From a virus (Duplodnaviria; Caudoviricetes), in the IMG/VR virus record IMGVR_UViG_3300036987_000072, positions 1 to 58,520 of that record: DNA of 58,520 nt; one strand, given 5' to 3'. This document shows positions 8,148 to 17,841 of this stretch, piece after piece. The notes under the pieces were generated by a model. It worked only from the letters and a program-made list of their open reading frames with translations, was not told the origin of the DNA and did not search any database. Position numbers and translations under genes: made by a program. The stretch's first letter is position 1, and every line of letters starts with the position of its first letter.

Positions 8148-9359
8148 TTGAGCCTCCAGGGTTGGCGCCCGGGAGGCTCACAAGAGGTCGCAGCTTCGGC
8201 TGCGATGACGGGCTGGGGGCAGCCCGCTGACGACGCGCAGAGTCTCATTTGCGCGCATCACGGTCAAGCCCTCGCAGATCAAAAGCCGGGGGCGGCTGTG
8301 GCAGATAAAAAGACAAAAAAGCGCGATGACGGGGAGGAGGCGAAAGCCGGTGCCCTGCTGCAGGCGTTCGTCGATTTGATCGACGCCGGCGATGCGCAAG
8401 ATCAACTCATCTTGAACGCGCTGGTGCGCTTCGCCGACTGGCGCACGGGCGTCGCCTATCCGAAATACAACACGCTCGCGGAGCTGGCGAAGTGCTCGCG
8501 CCGGACGGTGCAGCGCCGGCTGCGCCAGATGAACGGCGACCTCATCACGCTCGACGAGCGCTTTGACGAGCAAGGCAGCGGCCGTCAGACGAGCAACGAA
8601 ATCACGCTCGTGGGCTATGCCGATTGGTTCGCGGCGGTGAGCGCCGGCGGCATCGTCAGGAAGCCGAAAAAGCTCAAAAAACGGCGCACCCCCCCTGGAC
8701 AATCTGACCAGGGGGCAGAGGCGAGTGCCGGCGCCACCCCCCCTGGACAAGTTGACCAGGGGGACCCCCTAGACACTCTGTCCACGGGCCCTGGACACCA
8801 GGTGTCCACCCCCCCTGGACAGCTGGTGTCTACCCTTGAACCTTCACTTAACCCTTCACCTGACCAAGTCTCCCCCCCTCCCCCCCGCAAACGGGGGGCG
8901 AGAGAGAGGGATGATTTAATCGAGCAGCTGCGCAGCAGCAGGCCAGACTGTGGACGAGCGCTGGAAAAGCTGTTGGCGCCGCTGCTCGCACTGGTCCGGC
9001 TTGACGCGCCTAATCCGGAATTCGCCGCCGCCACGCTCGCGGACTTTGCCGAGAAACAAACCGACGACGTGCTCGCCGAGGCCTACCGGCTGCTGACCGA
9101 GCCGGGCAAGCACTATCGCCGATACAGCGCCAAGCCGGCCGACATCACCGACGCGATCCGCACGGCGCGCACGGTCGTCAAGGCGCGCGAGAGCCTGCAC
9201 AAGCGCTCGCCGATCATCTTCCGAACGTCACCCGACTTCGAGGCGGCGATCGCCAAGGTCGCCGAGCAGAATCCGGCTTATGCGGCATCGCTTCGCGGCT
9301 GCGACTACCTACGCCGCGCTGATCTCAAATCTTACGGCATCGAGCAGGTGGCCCCATGA
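8148..9359 (+). CDS. Replication initiator (wHTH) containing the origin; true start may be 8204 or 8298
   Basis: AYPKYNTLAELAKCSRRTVQRRLRQM HTH and internal iteron array as in lambda O-type genes. Confidence 0.78.
   Translation: MSLQGWRPGGSQEVAASAAMTGWGQPADDAQSLICAHHGQALADQKPGAAVADKKTKKRDDGEEAKAGALLQAFVDLIDAGDAQDQLILNALVRFADWRTGVAYPKYNTLAELAKCSRRTVQRRLRQMNGDLITLDERFDEQGSGRQTSNEITLVGYADWFAAVSAGGIVRKPKKLKKRRTPPGQSDQGAEASAGATPPGQVDQGDPLDTLSTGPGHQVSTPPGQLVSTLEPSLNPSPDQVSPPPPRKRGARERDDLIEQLRSSRPDCGRALEKLLAPLLALVRLDAPNPEFAAATLADFAEKQTDDVLAEAYRLLTEPGKHYRRYSAKPADITDAIRTARTVVKARESLHKRSPIIFRTSPDFEAAIAKVAEQNPAYAASLRGCDYLRRADLKSYGIEQVAP
8689..8835. repeat. Iteron array/putative replication origin, five palindromic CCCT(G/A)GACA...TG(A/T)C units
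   Basis: CCCCTGGACAATCTGACCAGGGG, CCCCTGGACAAGTTGACCAGGGG, CCCCTAGACACTCTGTCCACGGG, CCCTGGACACCAGGTGTCCA, CCCCTGGACAGCTGGTGTCTA. Confidence 0.75.
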
Positions 9360-9856
9360 CCTACACCGCCGAGCGTTCCCGTGACCTGTTGAACCGGATA
9401 GAACCGCAGGAGCGCGAAGACCCGCGCAATCGCCTGCTCGACGCATTCGACGAGTACGTCGACGCGTTGGTCCGCCACGAGCTGGTGCCGATCGCCGTGA
9501 GCCGCCTCGAGGGCCGCCATCGGGGGCTGGCCAATGCGCTGGCGGCCTTCGGGACGACGCCGATCGCCACGGCCGCCGCGCTCGAGGAGGCCCGCCAGGT
9601 GGCGCTGCCGCCGTCGACGATCGAGCCTGCACTGCCGGCACCGGCACCGGCGCCGGCGCCGATCGCGGACCCCGTCGAGGACAGCGTCGCCGCCGAGCTG
9701 GAGCTGACGCGGCGCATTGCGGCGCTCAACATGGCGCACCCCAAAAACCCCGGTGGGCGCATGATCGTCGAGGCTGCCAAGGCCGACGCGCTGGCCGCTC
9801 TGCAGGCGCTGACGGCGACCCGTCGCGCTCGATCGCGCGCTGGGGGCGGCCAATGA
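9356..9856 (+). CDS. Hypothetical phage protein
   Basis: Coupled by ATGA overlaps on both sides. Confidence 0.6.
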   Translation: MTYTAERSRDLLNRIEPQEREDPRNRLLDAFDEYVDALVRHELVPIAVSRLEGRHRGLANALAAFGTTPIATAAALEEARQVALPPSTIEPALPAPAPAPAPIADPVEDSVAAELELTRRIAALNMAHPKNPGGRMIVEAAKADALAALQALTATRRARSRAGGGQ

Positions 9857-10554
9857 CCGAGGCTTTCCGGCCGAAAGGCTCCTACGCCGTCATGGCCGAG
9901 CGGCAAAATCCGAAAAATAAGCTCGCGTTTTTCCCGACGCCGCCATGGGCGACGCGAGCGCTCATGACGCACGTTCTGACGCCTGACGATTTCGAAGGCT
10001 GCGACGTGTGGGAACCGGCCGCCGGTGCCGGGCACATGGTCGGCCCGCTCGGTGAATACTTCGCCAAGGTGCACGCAAGCGACGTGCACGACTACGGCAT
10101 GGGCTATGGGCGCGGCTCATTCGTCGGCGCCGGCGCCGACGTCGCCAGGCTCGATGTCGCGCCCGATTGGGTCATCACCAACCCGCCGTTCCCGCTGGCC
10201 ATCGAGTTCGTATTGCGCGCGATCGACGAGGCGCGCATCGGCGTGGCCATGCTGATGCGCCATAGCTGGACCGAGGGCAAAGAACGCTATCGCCGGATTT
10301 TCTCAGTGCCCGGACGCTCGCCCGTCAAGATCGCCCAATTCGCCGAGCGCGTGCCGATGCACAAGGGGCGCTGGGTCGTGAACGGCAGCTCGGCCACGGC
10401 TTACTCGTGGTTCGTTTGGCGCCGGCACGGCGGCAACCAACCGCGCGAACATTTCCTCATTCCGCCGACCTGTCGCCGCGAGCTATCGCGCCCCGACGAC
10501 GCCGAGCGGTTCAATGGCGTCTACGAAACCAAAAAGAGAAAGGCAGCAGCATGA
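9853..10554 (+). CDS. Orphan amino (N6-A/N4-C) DNA methyltransferase
   Basis: FFPTPPW, WEPAAGAGHM (SAM-binding motif I), VITNPPF (motif IV). Confidence 0.85.
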   Translation: MTEAFRPKGSYAVMAERQNPKNKLAFFPTPPWATRALMTHVLTPDDFEGCDVWEPAAGAGHMVGPLGEYFAKVHASDVHDYGMGYGRGSFVGAGADVARLDVAPDWVITNPPFPLAIEFVLRAIDEARIGVAMLMRHSWTEGKERYRRIFSVPGRSPVKIAQFAERVPMHKGRWVVNGSSATAYSWFVWRRHGGNQPREHFLIPPTCRRELSRPDDAERFNGVYETKKRKAAA

Positions 10555-10964
10555 CCACGACCACCGTCGACACGAGCCGCGTCGATAACATCGAGCTTCG
10601 ACAGCGCATCGCCAAGCAAGCCCTGGTGCGCGCTGCAATTAACGCGGCGATCGGGCAACTCGAGGAACCGTTCCGCGCACGCATCGCCACCGTCGAGGAC
10701 GAGATGGCCGAGGCGACGCGGTTACTGCGCGACCAACTGGAGCAGCACGACGAGGAGAACGCGGTCGACGACAACCAAGCGATCGATTTCGACGACATAA
10801 CGGGCATGCCGGCGACGTGCTGCGTGTCGGGCCTGGTGCTGCTCGAAAGCGACGACCTGGTCGAGGATCTCGAGGGCCGCACGGCGTTGAAGGCGGTCCT
10901 GCCGTGGCCAGAGACGCAGGCACTGCCGGATCTCATTCCCGCCGATGTCGATGAGGCCGCTTGA
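10551..10964 (+). CDS. Hypothetical acidic protein
   Basis: ATGA coupling; coiled coil followed by an acidic C-terminus. Confidence 0.6.
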   Translation: MTTTTVDTSRVDNIELRQRIAKQALVRAAINAAIGQLEEPFRARIATVEDEMAEATRLLRDQLEQHDEENAVDDNQAIDFDDITGMPATCCVSGLVLLESDDLVEDLEGRTALKAVLPWPETQALPDLIPADVDEAA

Positions 10965-11344
10965 CCATGTCGAAGACTGAAAACGCAGTGCTGAGCAACA
11001 GCGAGCAGATCCTCAAGGCGCGCGTCGAGCGCCGCCTCGAGGTCATGGAAACCATCGCCGACGGCCAGCAAACGCTCAAAGACTACAAGGCCGAGGACAA
11101 GGCCGACGGCTTCACCGAGAAAGCCATCGGCCAGATCATCAAGGAGCTGCAGAAAGGCGTCGACTTCCAGGCGGCGCAGCTGCTGCTCGAGACGGAAGTC
11201 GACAGCTACCGCAAGGTCAACGGACTGCCGGTCACGCTCGAGGACGCGCAGAAACGCGCGTTGTCGGCAGCCGAGGTCGCCGAGCCGAAACGCAAGGCGT
11301 CGCGTGGCAAAAAAGGCAAGGACCCGCACGGCAGGCCGAACTGA
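10961..11344 (+). CDS. GapR/DUF2312-like DNA-binding protein (divergent)
   Basis: LKARVERRLEVME..LKDYKAEDKADGFTEKAIGQII..VDSY aligns by eye to the GapR pattern (IERxE..KDxxAEAKxxGFD.K..R.II). Confidence 0.65.
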   Translation: MTMSKTENAVLSNSEQILKARVERRLEVMETIADGQQTLKDYKAEDKADGFTEKAIGQIIKELQKGVDFQAAQLLLETEVDSYRKVNGLPVTLEDAQKRALSAAEVAEPKRKASRGKKGKDPHGRPN

Positions 11345-11346
11345 GG

Positions 11347-11700
11347 GTGATGGACATGGAAGCACCGCAGGCAGTGGCGCTTGACGCGCTCGAGATCGAG
11401 GCGCTGCGCAGCGTGCGCGACAAGCTGCGCAGCCTCGAGAAGCTGACGCACTCCAAAGGCGGTATGAGCGAATTGCGCCAGATCCTGCATGCCTGGGTGC
11501 GCGAGAACGCCGGCGGCGAGGTCGACGATCCGGACCTGCGCGCCGCCGGCGAGAAAGTGAAGCGGCTTGCCAAGCTGGCGCGCATCGGCGTGCCGGGCGC
11601 GCGGCAGCTGCGCGGCGTGCTGCAGTCGGACATCGCCGAGGTCGAGGCGAAGCTGCGCGGCGAGGAAATCGCCAGCTTCGAACGCGAGGCGCGGGCATGA
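11347..11700 (+). CDS. Hypothetical phage protein
   Basis: Tight operon packing. Confidence 0.6.
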   Translation: MMDMEAPQAVALDALEIEALRSVRDKLRSLEKLTHSKGGMSELRQILHAWVRENAGGEVDDPDLRAAGEKVKRLAKLARIGVPGARQLRGVLQSDIAEVEAKLRGEEIASFEREARA

Positions 11701-11900
11701 GAGCGCCGACGCTGATCGAGGTCGAAAGCTTGTGGAGACTCCTGGTGCGCGGCGCCAAGAGGAATCGCGGGCAGAAAGCGGAGATTGAATTCGTCTCGCA
11801 GGTATATCGCCTCGACGGCGTAGCGGTGCAGGCGACCATCCGCATGGAGATCTGCCCCGTCGTCGACAACGGCGGCGCAACGGCAAAGGTGGCAGCATGA
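11697..11900 (+). CDS. Small hypothetical protein
   Basis: ATGA overlaps at both ends. Confidence 0.55.
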   Translation: MRAPTLIEVESLWRLLVRGAKRNRGQKAEIEFVSQVYRLDGVAVQATIRMEICPVVDNGGATAKVAA

Positions 11901-12649
11901 CAGTGCGCCCGATCATTTTCGCCGGGCCTATGGTCTACGCGATCGAGGCTGACGACAAGACGCAAACGCGGCGGATTCTCAAGCCGCAGCCACCGACCGA
12001 AGAAGCGTTCCCGGGATCTAGCTTCGGCATGAGCCGCGCCGTCGACGACGGCGTCAAAATGTACTCCCTCAACCAATACGACGCGCTGCCGAAGCACCCG
12101 AGAAAATGGGATCTGGTCGGCAGCGTCGGTGTTGCGCGCGACGCCGGCTTTCCGTTGGTCTACGACGCCCGGTTCGCCGTCGGCGACCTGTTATGGGTGC
12201 GCGAAACGGTGCGCGCCGCGGAGGACGGCGCACACATCGCCCACGTTCGCTATCCCGCCGATGGGCATTGGCAGGAGATCGAGAACACGGGAGAGGCCGC
12301 CGACCGCTGGGGTGTGCTCTGGGGGTATCGCGGCAAGCTCGGTGCCACCGTGCCGGCGATCCACATGCCGCGCTGGGCGTCGCGCTTCACGCTGGAAGTG
12401 ACCGACGTCAAGGTCGAGCGCCTGCAAGCCATCAGCTTCGCCGACGCTAAGGCCGAGGGCGTTTTCAGTGTGCCGGTGCACCGGGATCTGCACCACACCA
12501 ATTCGCGCGTGCGCTTCGCCGGCGTCTGGAATGACATCAACGGCGCCGGGGCCTGGGACCTAAACCCCTGGGTGGTCGCGCCGACCTTCAAGGTGCACCG
12601 CGTCAACGTCGACGCGTTCCTGGCGCAACGGGAAAGGACAGCGGCATGA
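11897..12649 (+). CDS. ASCH/PUA-like conserved phage protein
   Basis: RPIIFAGPMV..KTQTRR..LWVRET..IHMPRWASRFTLEVTDVKVERLQ..AKAEG..WDLNPWV family motifs. Confidence 0.7.
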   Translation: MTVRPIIFAGPMVYAIEADDKTQTRRILKPQPPTEEAFPGSSFGMSRAVDDGVKMYSLNQYDALPKHPRKWDLVGSVGVARDAGFPLVYDARFAVGDLLWVRETVRAAEDGAHIAHVRYPADGHWQEIENTGEAADRWGVLWGYRGKLGATVPAIHMPRWASRFTLEVTDVKVERLQAISFADAKAEGVFSVPVHRDLHHTNSRVRFAGVWNDINGAGAWDLNPWVVAPTFKVHRVNVDAFLAQRERTAA

Positions 12650-12867
12650 CGACACTGACGGGCGGGCAGCGCTACAAGCTGCGCGCGGAGCTGCAGGGAC
12701 TGAAGGAGCTGGGCAAGAGCATCCGCAAGATGCGCGCGCCCTATGACGCGATGCTGGCCGAGGTCGACGTACTGATCAGCCAGACGCTCGAGCGCTACGG
12801 CGTCGGCACGGTGGCGGGCGCCGAGGCGCTGCTCGAGGGCAAGCAAGGCGAGGATGGCAAATGCTAA
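12646..12867 (+). CDS. Small hypothetical protein
   Basis: Coupled overlaps. Confidence 0.55.
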   Translation: MTTLTGGQRYKLRAELQGLKELGKSIRKMRAPYDAMLAEVDVLISQTLERYGVGTVAGAEALLEGKQGEDGKC

Positions 12868-13229
12868 GCCCCGCCCTGGTCGCCGACGAGACGCGGCGCA
12901 TCATTAGCGCGATCGCCAAGACGCGCTTGCCTATGAGCGATGAAAAGGCGCTGCAGGCGGCGATCGAGATCGTCCTGCTCGACAACGGTTTCACGTTCAC
13001 GCGGGAGGCGCTCGTCGCCGGCGGCATCATCGACTTTCTCGCCGGCGCCGTCGGCATCGAGGTCAAGATCAAAGGACCGGCGCGCGAGGTCCTGCGCCAG
13101 CTCACCCGCTACGCCGAGGACGATCGCATCGAGCACCTGGTGCTCGTCGCCGCGTTCCCCTGCGCCATGCCCCCGATGATCGGCGGCAAGCGCTGCACCA
13201 TCGTCGACGTCGGGAGGGCCTGGCTGTGA
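12861..13229 (+). CDS. PD-(D/E)XK restriction-fold nuclease-like protein
   Basis: EKALQ..RE..IIDFL..GIEVKIKG..QLTRYA (D..ExK..QxxxY). Confidence 0.7.
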   Translation: MLSPALVADETRRIISAIAKTRLPMSDEKALQAAIEIVLLDNGFTFTREALVAGGIIDFLAGAVGIEVKIKGPAREVLRQLTRYAEDDRIEHLVLVAAFPCAMPPMIGGKRCTIVDVGRAWL

Positions 13230-14971
13230 GCGAGACGACGTCGCCGGCGCGAACGTATGGTGCAATGGAATCCGTCATTGGCGGCTGGATGATCAACGAG
13301 CTGGAGCCGCACGTCGCGCTGCGCCTTAAATCGCTGTTCCCGCGCATCCCCCGGCATGCGCGCGTGCCGTTCTACCTGACCGGCGGCCCGCAGCTCGACG
13401 CGGACCTTTCCTGGTTCCTGCAGCGCTACCCGCTCCGGATGAGCGCCGGCGACGTCTTGAAGCTCACCGAACGCAAGACGCTATTCGAAACGCAACAGGC
13501 CGCGCTGGGCAGCATTCTCAGCGCCGACTGGAAGCCGACCACTAAGCTGATGTTTCGCCACAACCGGCCGCCGTACCCCTACCAGCAGCAGGCCGCGGAA
13601 ATGTGCCGGCGGCTGGGGCGCCTGCTGCTGCTCGACGACGTTGGCATGGGCAAGACGATCAGCGCGCTCGCTACCATTGCCGTGCCGGAGCTGCTGCCGG
13701 CGGCGATCGTCGTGCAGCCGCACCTGGCCGACCAGTGGAAAGACGAATACATCGACGCGTTCACGCACCTGAAAGCGCACATCATCAAGGGCACGCGGCC
13801 CTATGAGCTGCCGCCGGCCGACATCTACATTTTCCGATATACGAATATTGCCGGCTGGGTCGACTACATCGACAAGGCGCCTTTCAAGTCGGTGATCTTC
13901 GACGAGATCCAGGAGCTGCGGCACGGCTTCGATACGCAGAAAGGCGCGTCGGCGAGGGCCTTCCTGACGCATGCACGGCTTAAGATGGGCCTCACCGCCA
14001 CGCCGATCTACAATTACGGGTCGGAGATCTTCAACATCATCGAGTTTCTCGATCCCGGCGCGCTGGGGACGTGGATCGACTTCACGACGGAATGGTGCTC
14101 GAGGCACGGCACGCACTGGAAGGTCGACGATCCGCCGGCGCTGGGCACGCACCTGGCCGAGCAGCACCTGTCACTGCGGCGCCTCGAGGGCGACGTCGGC
14201 AGCCAGATGCCGCCGGTCAACACCATCATTCAGACGATCCCCTATGACGAGGAGGTCGCCGCGCAATCGGAGGACCTGGCGCGGCAGCTGGCGCTCACCG
14301 TCACGCGCGGCGACTTCATGGCCAGCGGCCAGGCGGCGCGCGAATTCAATGCGCTGATGCGGCACACGACCGGCGTCGCCAAGGCGCGGCACGTGGCGGC
14401 GTTCGTCAAGATCCTGCTCGGCCACGGTCGGCCGGTGCTGCTGACGGGCTGGCATCGCGACGTCTATGACATCTGGATGGCCGAGCTGGCCGAGCACGAG
14501 CCGATGCTGTTCACGGGCTCGGAATCGACGACGGCGAAAAGGAAGGCAAAGAAGGCCTTCATGGCCGGCGACACAAACCTGCTGATCATGTCGCTGCGCT
14601 CCGGCACCGGCCTCGACGGCCTGCAGGAACGCGGGTCGACCGTGGTGTTCGGCGAGCTGGACTGGAGCCCGCAGGTGCACAAGCAGGTGATCGGCCGCCT
14701 ACGCCGGCCCGGGCAGACGCGCCAGGTCGACGCGATCTACCTCGTCACCGACGGCGGGTCGGACCCCTACCTCGTCACCACGCTCGGCATCAAAGCCGAC
14801 CAGAGCCGCGGCATCCTCGACCCGCTCGCCGGCGTCGAGCAGCAGCACACCGACGCCAGCCGGATCAAAGAGCTGGCCGAGCTTTATCTGCAGGGCAAGA
14901 CGCGCCTCGACACGCTGCCGCGCCGGCGCGAGCCGGAGCAGATCGCCCTTTTCGGAGACGATGCGACATGA
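13226..14971 (+). CDS. SNF2-family (SF2) helicase/ATPase
   Basis: LLLDDVGMGKT (Walker A), IFDEIQ (Walker B), LTATPIYN, GTGLDGLQ, QVIGRLRRPGQ. Confidence 0.9.
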   Translation: MSETTSPARTYGAMESVIGGWMINELEPHVALRLKSLFPRIPRHARVPFYLTGGPQLDADLSWFLQRYPLRMSAGDVLKLTERKTLFETQQAALGSILSADWKPTTKLMFRHNRPPYPYQQQAAEMCRRLGRLLLLDDVGMGKTISALATIAVPELLPAAIVVQPHLADQWKDEYIDAFTHLKAHIIKGTRPYELPPADIYIFRYTNIAGWVDYIDKAPFKSVIFDEIQELRHGFDTQKGASARAFLTHARLKMGLTATPIYNYGSEIFNIIEFLDPGALGTWIDFTTEWCSRHGTHWKVDDPPALGTHLAEQHLSLRRLEGDVGSQMPPVNTIIQTIPYDEEVAAQSEDLARQLALTVTRGDFMASGQAAREFNALMRHTTGVAKARHVAAFVKILLGHGRPVLLTGWHRDVYDIWMAELAEHEPMLFTGSESTTAKRKAKKAFMAGDTNLLIMSLRSGTGLDGLQERGSTVVFGELDWSPQVHKQVIGRLRRPGQTRQVDAIYLVTDGGSDPYLVTTLGIKADQSRGILDPLAGVEQQHTDASRIKELAELYLQGKTRLDTLPRRREPEQIALFGDDAT

Positions 14972-15309
14972 GCCAGGCAAAGGCCAAGAGCCAAGAGCCG
15001 CTGCCCTCTGACGATAGCAGCGCCATCACCGTCGGCATGCTGCGCGACGCCGGGCAGCGGCTGCACATTTCCTGCGGAAATTGCGGCCACGAGCGCGAGC
15101 CGCGTCTCGACACGCCGCCGTTCACCAAGTGGCGCGACGACCTGACGGTCGGGGAAATTCGCAGCAAGCACCTGACGCCCTGCAGCGCCAGAGGCTGCGG
15201 CGAAAAGCGGAAAATTTGGGTCCAGATCGCGAACGTCGAGGCCAGCGCCGAGGATCGTCGCACATGGGGCTGGACCGAGAACGAAATCGCCGACGCCGAG
15301 AAGCGTTGA
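14968..15309 (+). CDS. Zn-ribbon hypothetical protein
   Basis: CGNC...CSARGC. Confidence 0.6.
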   Translation: MSQAKAKSQEPLPSDDSSAITVGMLRDAGQRLHISCGNCGHEREPRLDTPPFTKWRDDLTVGEIRSKHLTPCSARGCGEKRKIWVQIANVEASAEDRRTWGWTENEIADAEKR

Positions 15310-15354
15310 GCAGTGCTGCGTCAGTGCGTGCGTTTGAAACCTTGGAGCACGACC

Positions 15355-15579
15355 ATGCGGAGAGCAGTTTTCACGATCCTGGCAGCGCTGGCGGCCTTCG
15401 CCTTCCTGATGTTGGGCTGGCGGGTCATCATCAATCTACTCATCGAAACGGGCGTCGACGTCGGCGATAGCGACGCCGGCGAGGCGCTCCGTGGCTACTT
15501 CGCCACCGCCTGGGCGATCGGCGCTCTAGCGCTGTCGCTCGCCGCGTGGGCGCGCATGTCGCGCCGTCTCGATCTGTGA
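15355..15579 (+). CDS. Small membrane protein (2 TM)
   Basis: SD GGAG; two hydrophobic segments. Confidence 0.55.
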   Translation: MRRAVFTILAALAAFAFLMLGWRVIINLLIETGVDVGDSDAGEALRGYFATAWAIGALALSLAAWARMSRRLDL

Positions 15580-15589
15580 GGCGCAGCAC

Positions 15590-16087
15590 ATGGCGATCGA
15601 CAAGCTTTACGTGACCGAAAACCTCCCTGACGTCTGGCAGGCCTCGCCGGCGCCGACGGACGAGTCCTGGATGGTGCCGGTGTATTCCGGCGACGGAATA
15701 GACCGCATGGCCGACGCGGTCGTCGACTACGCGCGCTCGATGCACCAGATCAGCTGGTGGGAGGCGGCGTTCTGCGGCATCGGCGCGGTGACCGTGGCCA
15801 TCGTCGGTTGGGTCATCGTGGTCGGCTCGATCGAGATCTGGAGCGAGAACCGCCGGCGCGATCGCCTGGTGGTGGCGATCGCCAGGCGCGCCTGGCACGA
15901 GCTGTCGCCGGCTGACCTGGTCGACGCAGAGAAGCGCTGGCCGGACGTTTTCCTCGTCGCCCGACATCTGATCGAAATAGAGCGGCAGTCGGTCGTCGAG
16001 CGCACGCGCATGGTGCTCGACGCGTGGTTCGGAAAGCAACGCGCCGACGCGGTCGCCGCGGCCGAAATCGAGGGGAGGGCGGCTTGA
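15590..16087 (+). CDS. Hypothetical single-TM protein
   Basis: SD GAGG; AAFCGIGAVTVAIVGWVIVVG. Confidence 0.55.
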   Translation: MAIDKLYVTENLPDVWQASPAPTDESWMVPVYSGDGIDRMADAVVDYARSMHQISWWEAAFCGIGAVTVAIVGWVIVVGSIEIWSENRRRDRLVVAIARRAWHELSPADLVDAEKRWPDVFLVARHLIEIERQSVVERTRMVLDAWFGKQRADAVAAAEIEGRAA

Positions 16088-16305
16088 TCATTTCGACGAT
16101 CGCCCTCGTCGCCGTCTATCGCCGGGTGTTCCGTGCCAAGCCGCTGCTATTCCACGACGTGCGGACGCCGGCGAGACAGGAACGCCGGCGAGCGCGCATT
16201 GAGCGGTGGATGGGCAAGCTGGGGGTATGCGTGGCGCACGACTACGTCGCCAGGCATGAGACACCGACCGACAAGCGACGGCGCTGGAAACGAGGGGGCG
16301 CGTGA
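16084..16305 (+). CDS. Small basic hypothetical protein
   Basis: TTGA/GTGA overlaps fill the operon gap. Confidence 0.4.
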   Translation: MIISTIALVAVYRRVFRAKPLLFHDVRTPARQERRRARIERWMGKLGVCVAHDYVARHETPTDKRRRWKRGGA

Positions 16306-17273
16306 GCCAGATCTATTATCCGGCGACCGAGACCTGCCCGGCGATCGGCGTGCGCGTCATCGTCGTCTGGGCAGGCCGCGAATTGAGCGCAGCGCGCACC
16401 CGCGACAAGAACAGCGGCGCCGTGCGCTGGGTGACGACCGAGCACGGTCAACTCGTAACACTGCCGCCGCGGGGCCTGGAGAGCCGCTGGGGCGAGGAGC
16501 CGGAGGGCTGGCGCCCCGAGCAACCCGAGACGTGGCGGGCGCCGCTGCCGGAGCCCCTGACGTCGTGCGCGCCACGTATGGCGGACGCGCGACCTGGTCG
16601 CGCCAGATCCGGCGGCCGTTATGCGGCGATGTCGGCGCAGGCGGCACAATCGGATGCGACGCGCCGCGAGATCGAAGCCGAGCTGGGCGCCGTCGACGAG
16701 GCGCGCGCATCCGAACGGCAATGGTGGCTCGGCGAGCTGCTCAGCTATTCGCCCGCCGGCGAGATCTCGGTGCGCGAGGCCGAGGGCCGCGTCGCCCGCG
16801 CCATACTCACCGACGGCATCAAGGGCAAGCACGGCGGCCCGGCCGGCATGGGCGAAACCTCGAGCGCGCTGTCGGGCTTTGTGCACGAGACGCTACTTTC
16901 GAGCGACGCCGACGGAATGCTCGAGCGCTTCGAGCCGACGCCGCGGGATCTCGCCGACTACACGACGGCGTTCGCCTGGTTCACGGCGCTCAACCCGCCG
17001 GAGCTGTGGCACCACTCGCGCAAAGCCTGGACGCTCAGCCAGGCGCAGTGCGTGCTGGTGTGGCGGATGATCATGCCGCCGCTGTCGTGGCGCTCGATCG
17101 CCAAGAACGCCGGCGGCAGCCATGTCGGCGCGCGCCAGATCTACGGCGCCGCGCTCGCCGGCGTCACGCGGGCGGCGAATGGCCAGGCGGTGCTTCAGCA
17201 CGTGAAAGTGAAAGATCGGATGGCGGCGCTGCGCGCGGCGAACCGCAGGGCAAAGGTGGGGCATGACGGCTAA
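16302..17273 (+). CDS. Putative transcriptional regulator with C-terminal DUF6362-like/HTH region
   Basis: PTPRDLADYTTAFAWF..VLVWRM..SWRSIAKNAGGSHVGARQIYGAAL resembles the DUF6362/sigma-region-4-like pattern. Confidence 0.5.
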   Translation: MSQIYYPATETCPAIGVRVIVVWAGRELSAARTRDKNSGAVRWVTTEHGQLVTLPPRGLESRWGEEPEGWRPEQPETWRAPLPEPLTSCAPRMADARPGRARSGGRYAAMSAQAAQSDATRREIEAELGAVDEARASERQWWLGELLSYSPAGEISVREAEGRVARAILTDGIKGKHGGPAGMGETSSALSGFVHETLLSSDADGMLERFEPTPRDLADYTTAFAWFTALNPPELWHHSRKAWTLSQAQCVLVWRMIMPPLSWRSIAKNAGGSHVGARQIYGAALAGVTRAANGQAVLQHVKVKDRMAALRAANRRAKVGHDG

Positions 17274-17841
17274 CCATATCCAATCGCTAAAGCCGGCCGC
17301 CGGCGCGCGCCGCATCGAGTACGTCGACGAGACGCCGCGCCGGCAACGCCGCAGCGACGGCGAGATCCGCGCCGAGGAGGACCTGGGGCACCATTGGGTG
17401 ACCGTGCTGTCGGTCGAGCGGCCGGTGCCGCGCTATTTCGGCGACAACCGCGGCATGCTGCCGATCTGGGTCGAGGCCAATGCCGATTGGCGGCAGGCAG
17501 GCCGCGCCTTCGATCAGCAGCAGCCATCGCCGGCCATGCGCGCGGTGCGGCTAGCGGTGCTGGGCGTGCGCTCGGATGCACACGCGGCGCAGCTTAAGAA
17601 GGTGCTCGACGAGGCCCTCGTGGGCCGCGCCGTAGGCCTCGAGGCCGATGCGCTGCGCTTGCGATTCCGAAACGGCGTCGACTTCGGTGAGATTGACGAA
17701 TGGTGGCCGCCGTTCCTGCTCGACGTACTGCTTCACTGCGAGGCGGCCGCGGCAGATTTCGAGACATTCACCCGCGAAGATCACGAGCGCCAGGTGGCGC
17801 AGCGTGCCGAGCGCGAAGACAAGCGGCGGGTCGGCCGGTGA
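17263..17841 (+). CDS. Hypothetical phage protein
   Basis: Operon packing, GC-rich codon usage. Confidence 0.6.
   Translation: MTANHIQSLKPAAGARRIEYVDETPRRQRRSDGEIRAEEDLGHHWVTVLSVERPVPRYFGDNRGMLPIWVEANADWRQAGRAFDQQQPSPAMRAVRLAVLGVRSDAHAAQLKKVLDEALVGRAVGLEADALRLRFRNGVDFGEIDEWWPPFLLDVLLHCEAAAADFETFTREDHERQVAQRAEREDKRRVGR

Noticed and set aside
8689-8835. Palindromic repeats as a mini-CRISPR array
   Set aside because: Spacers are too short and irregular, repeats lie inside the initiator gene and there are no cas genes; iterons fit better
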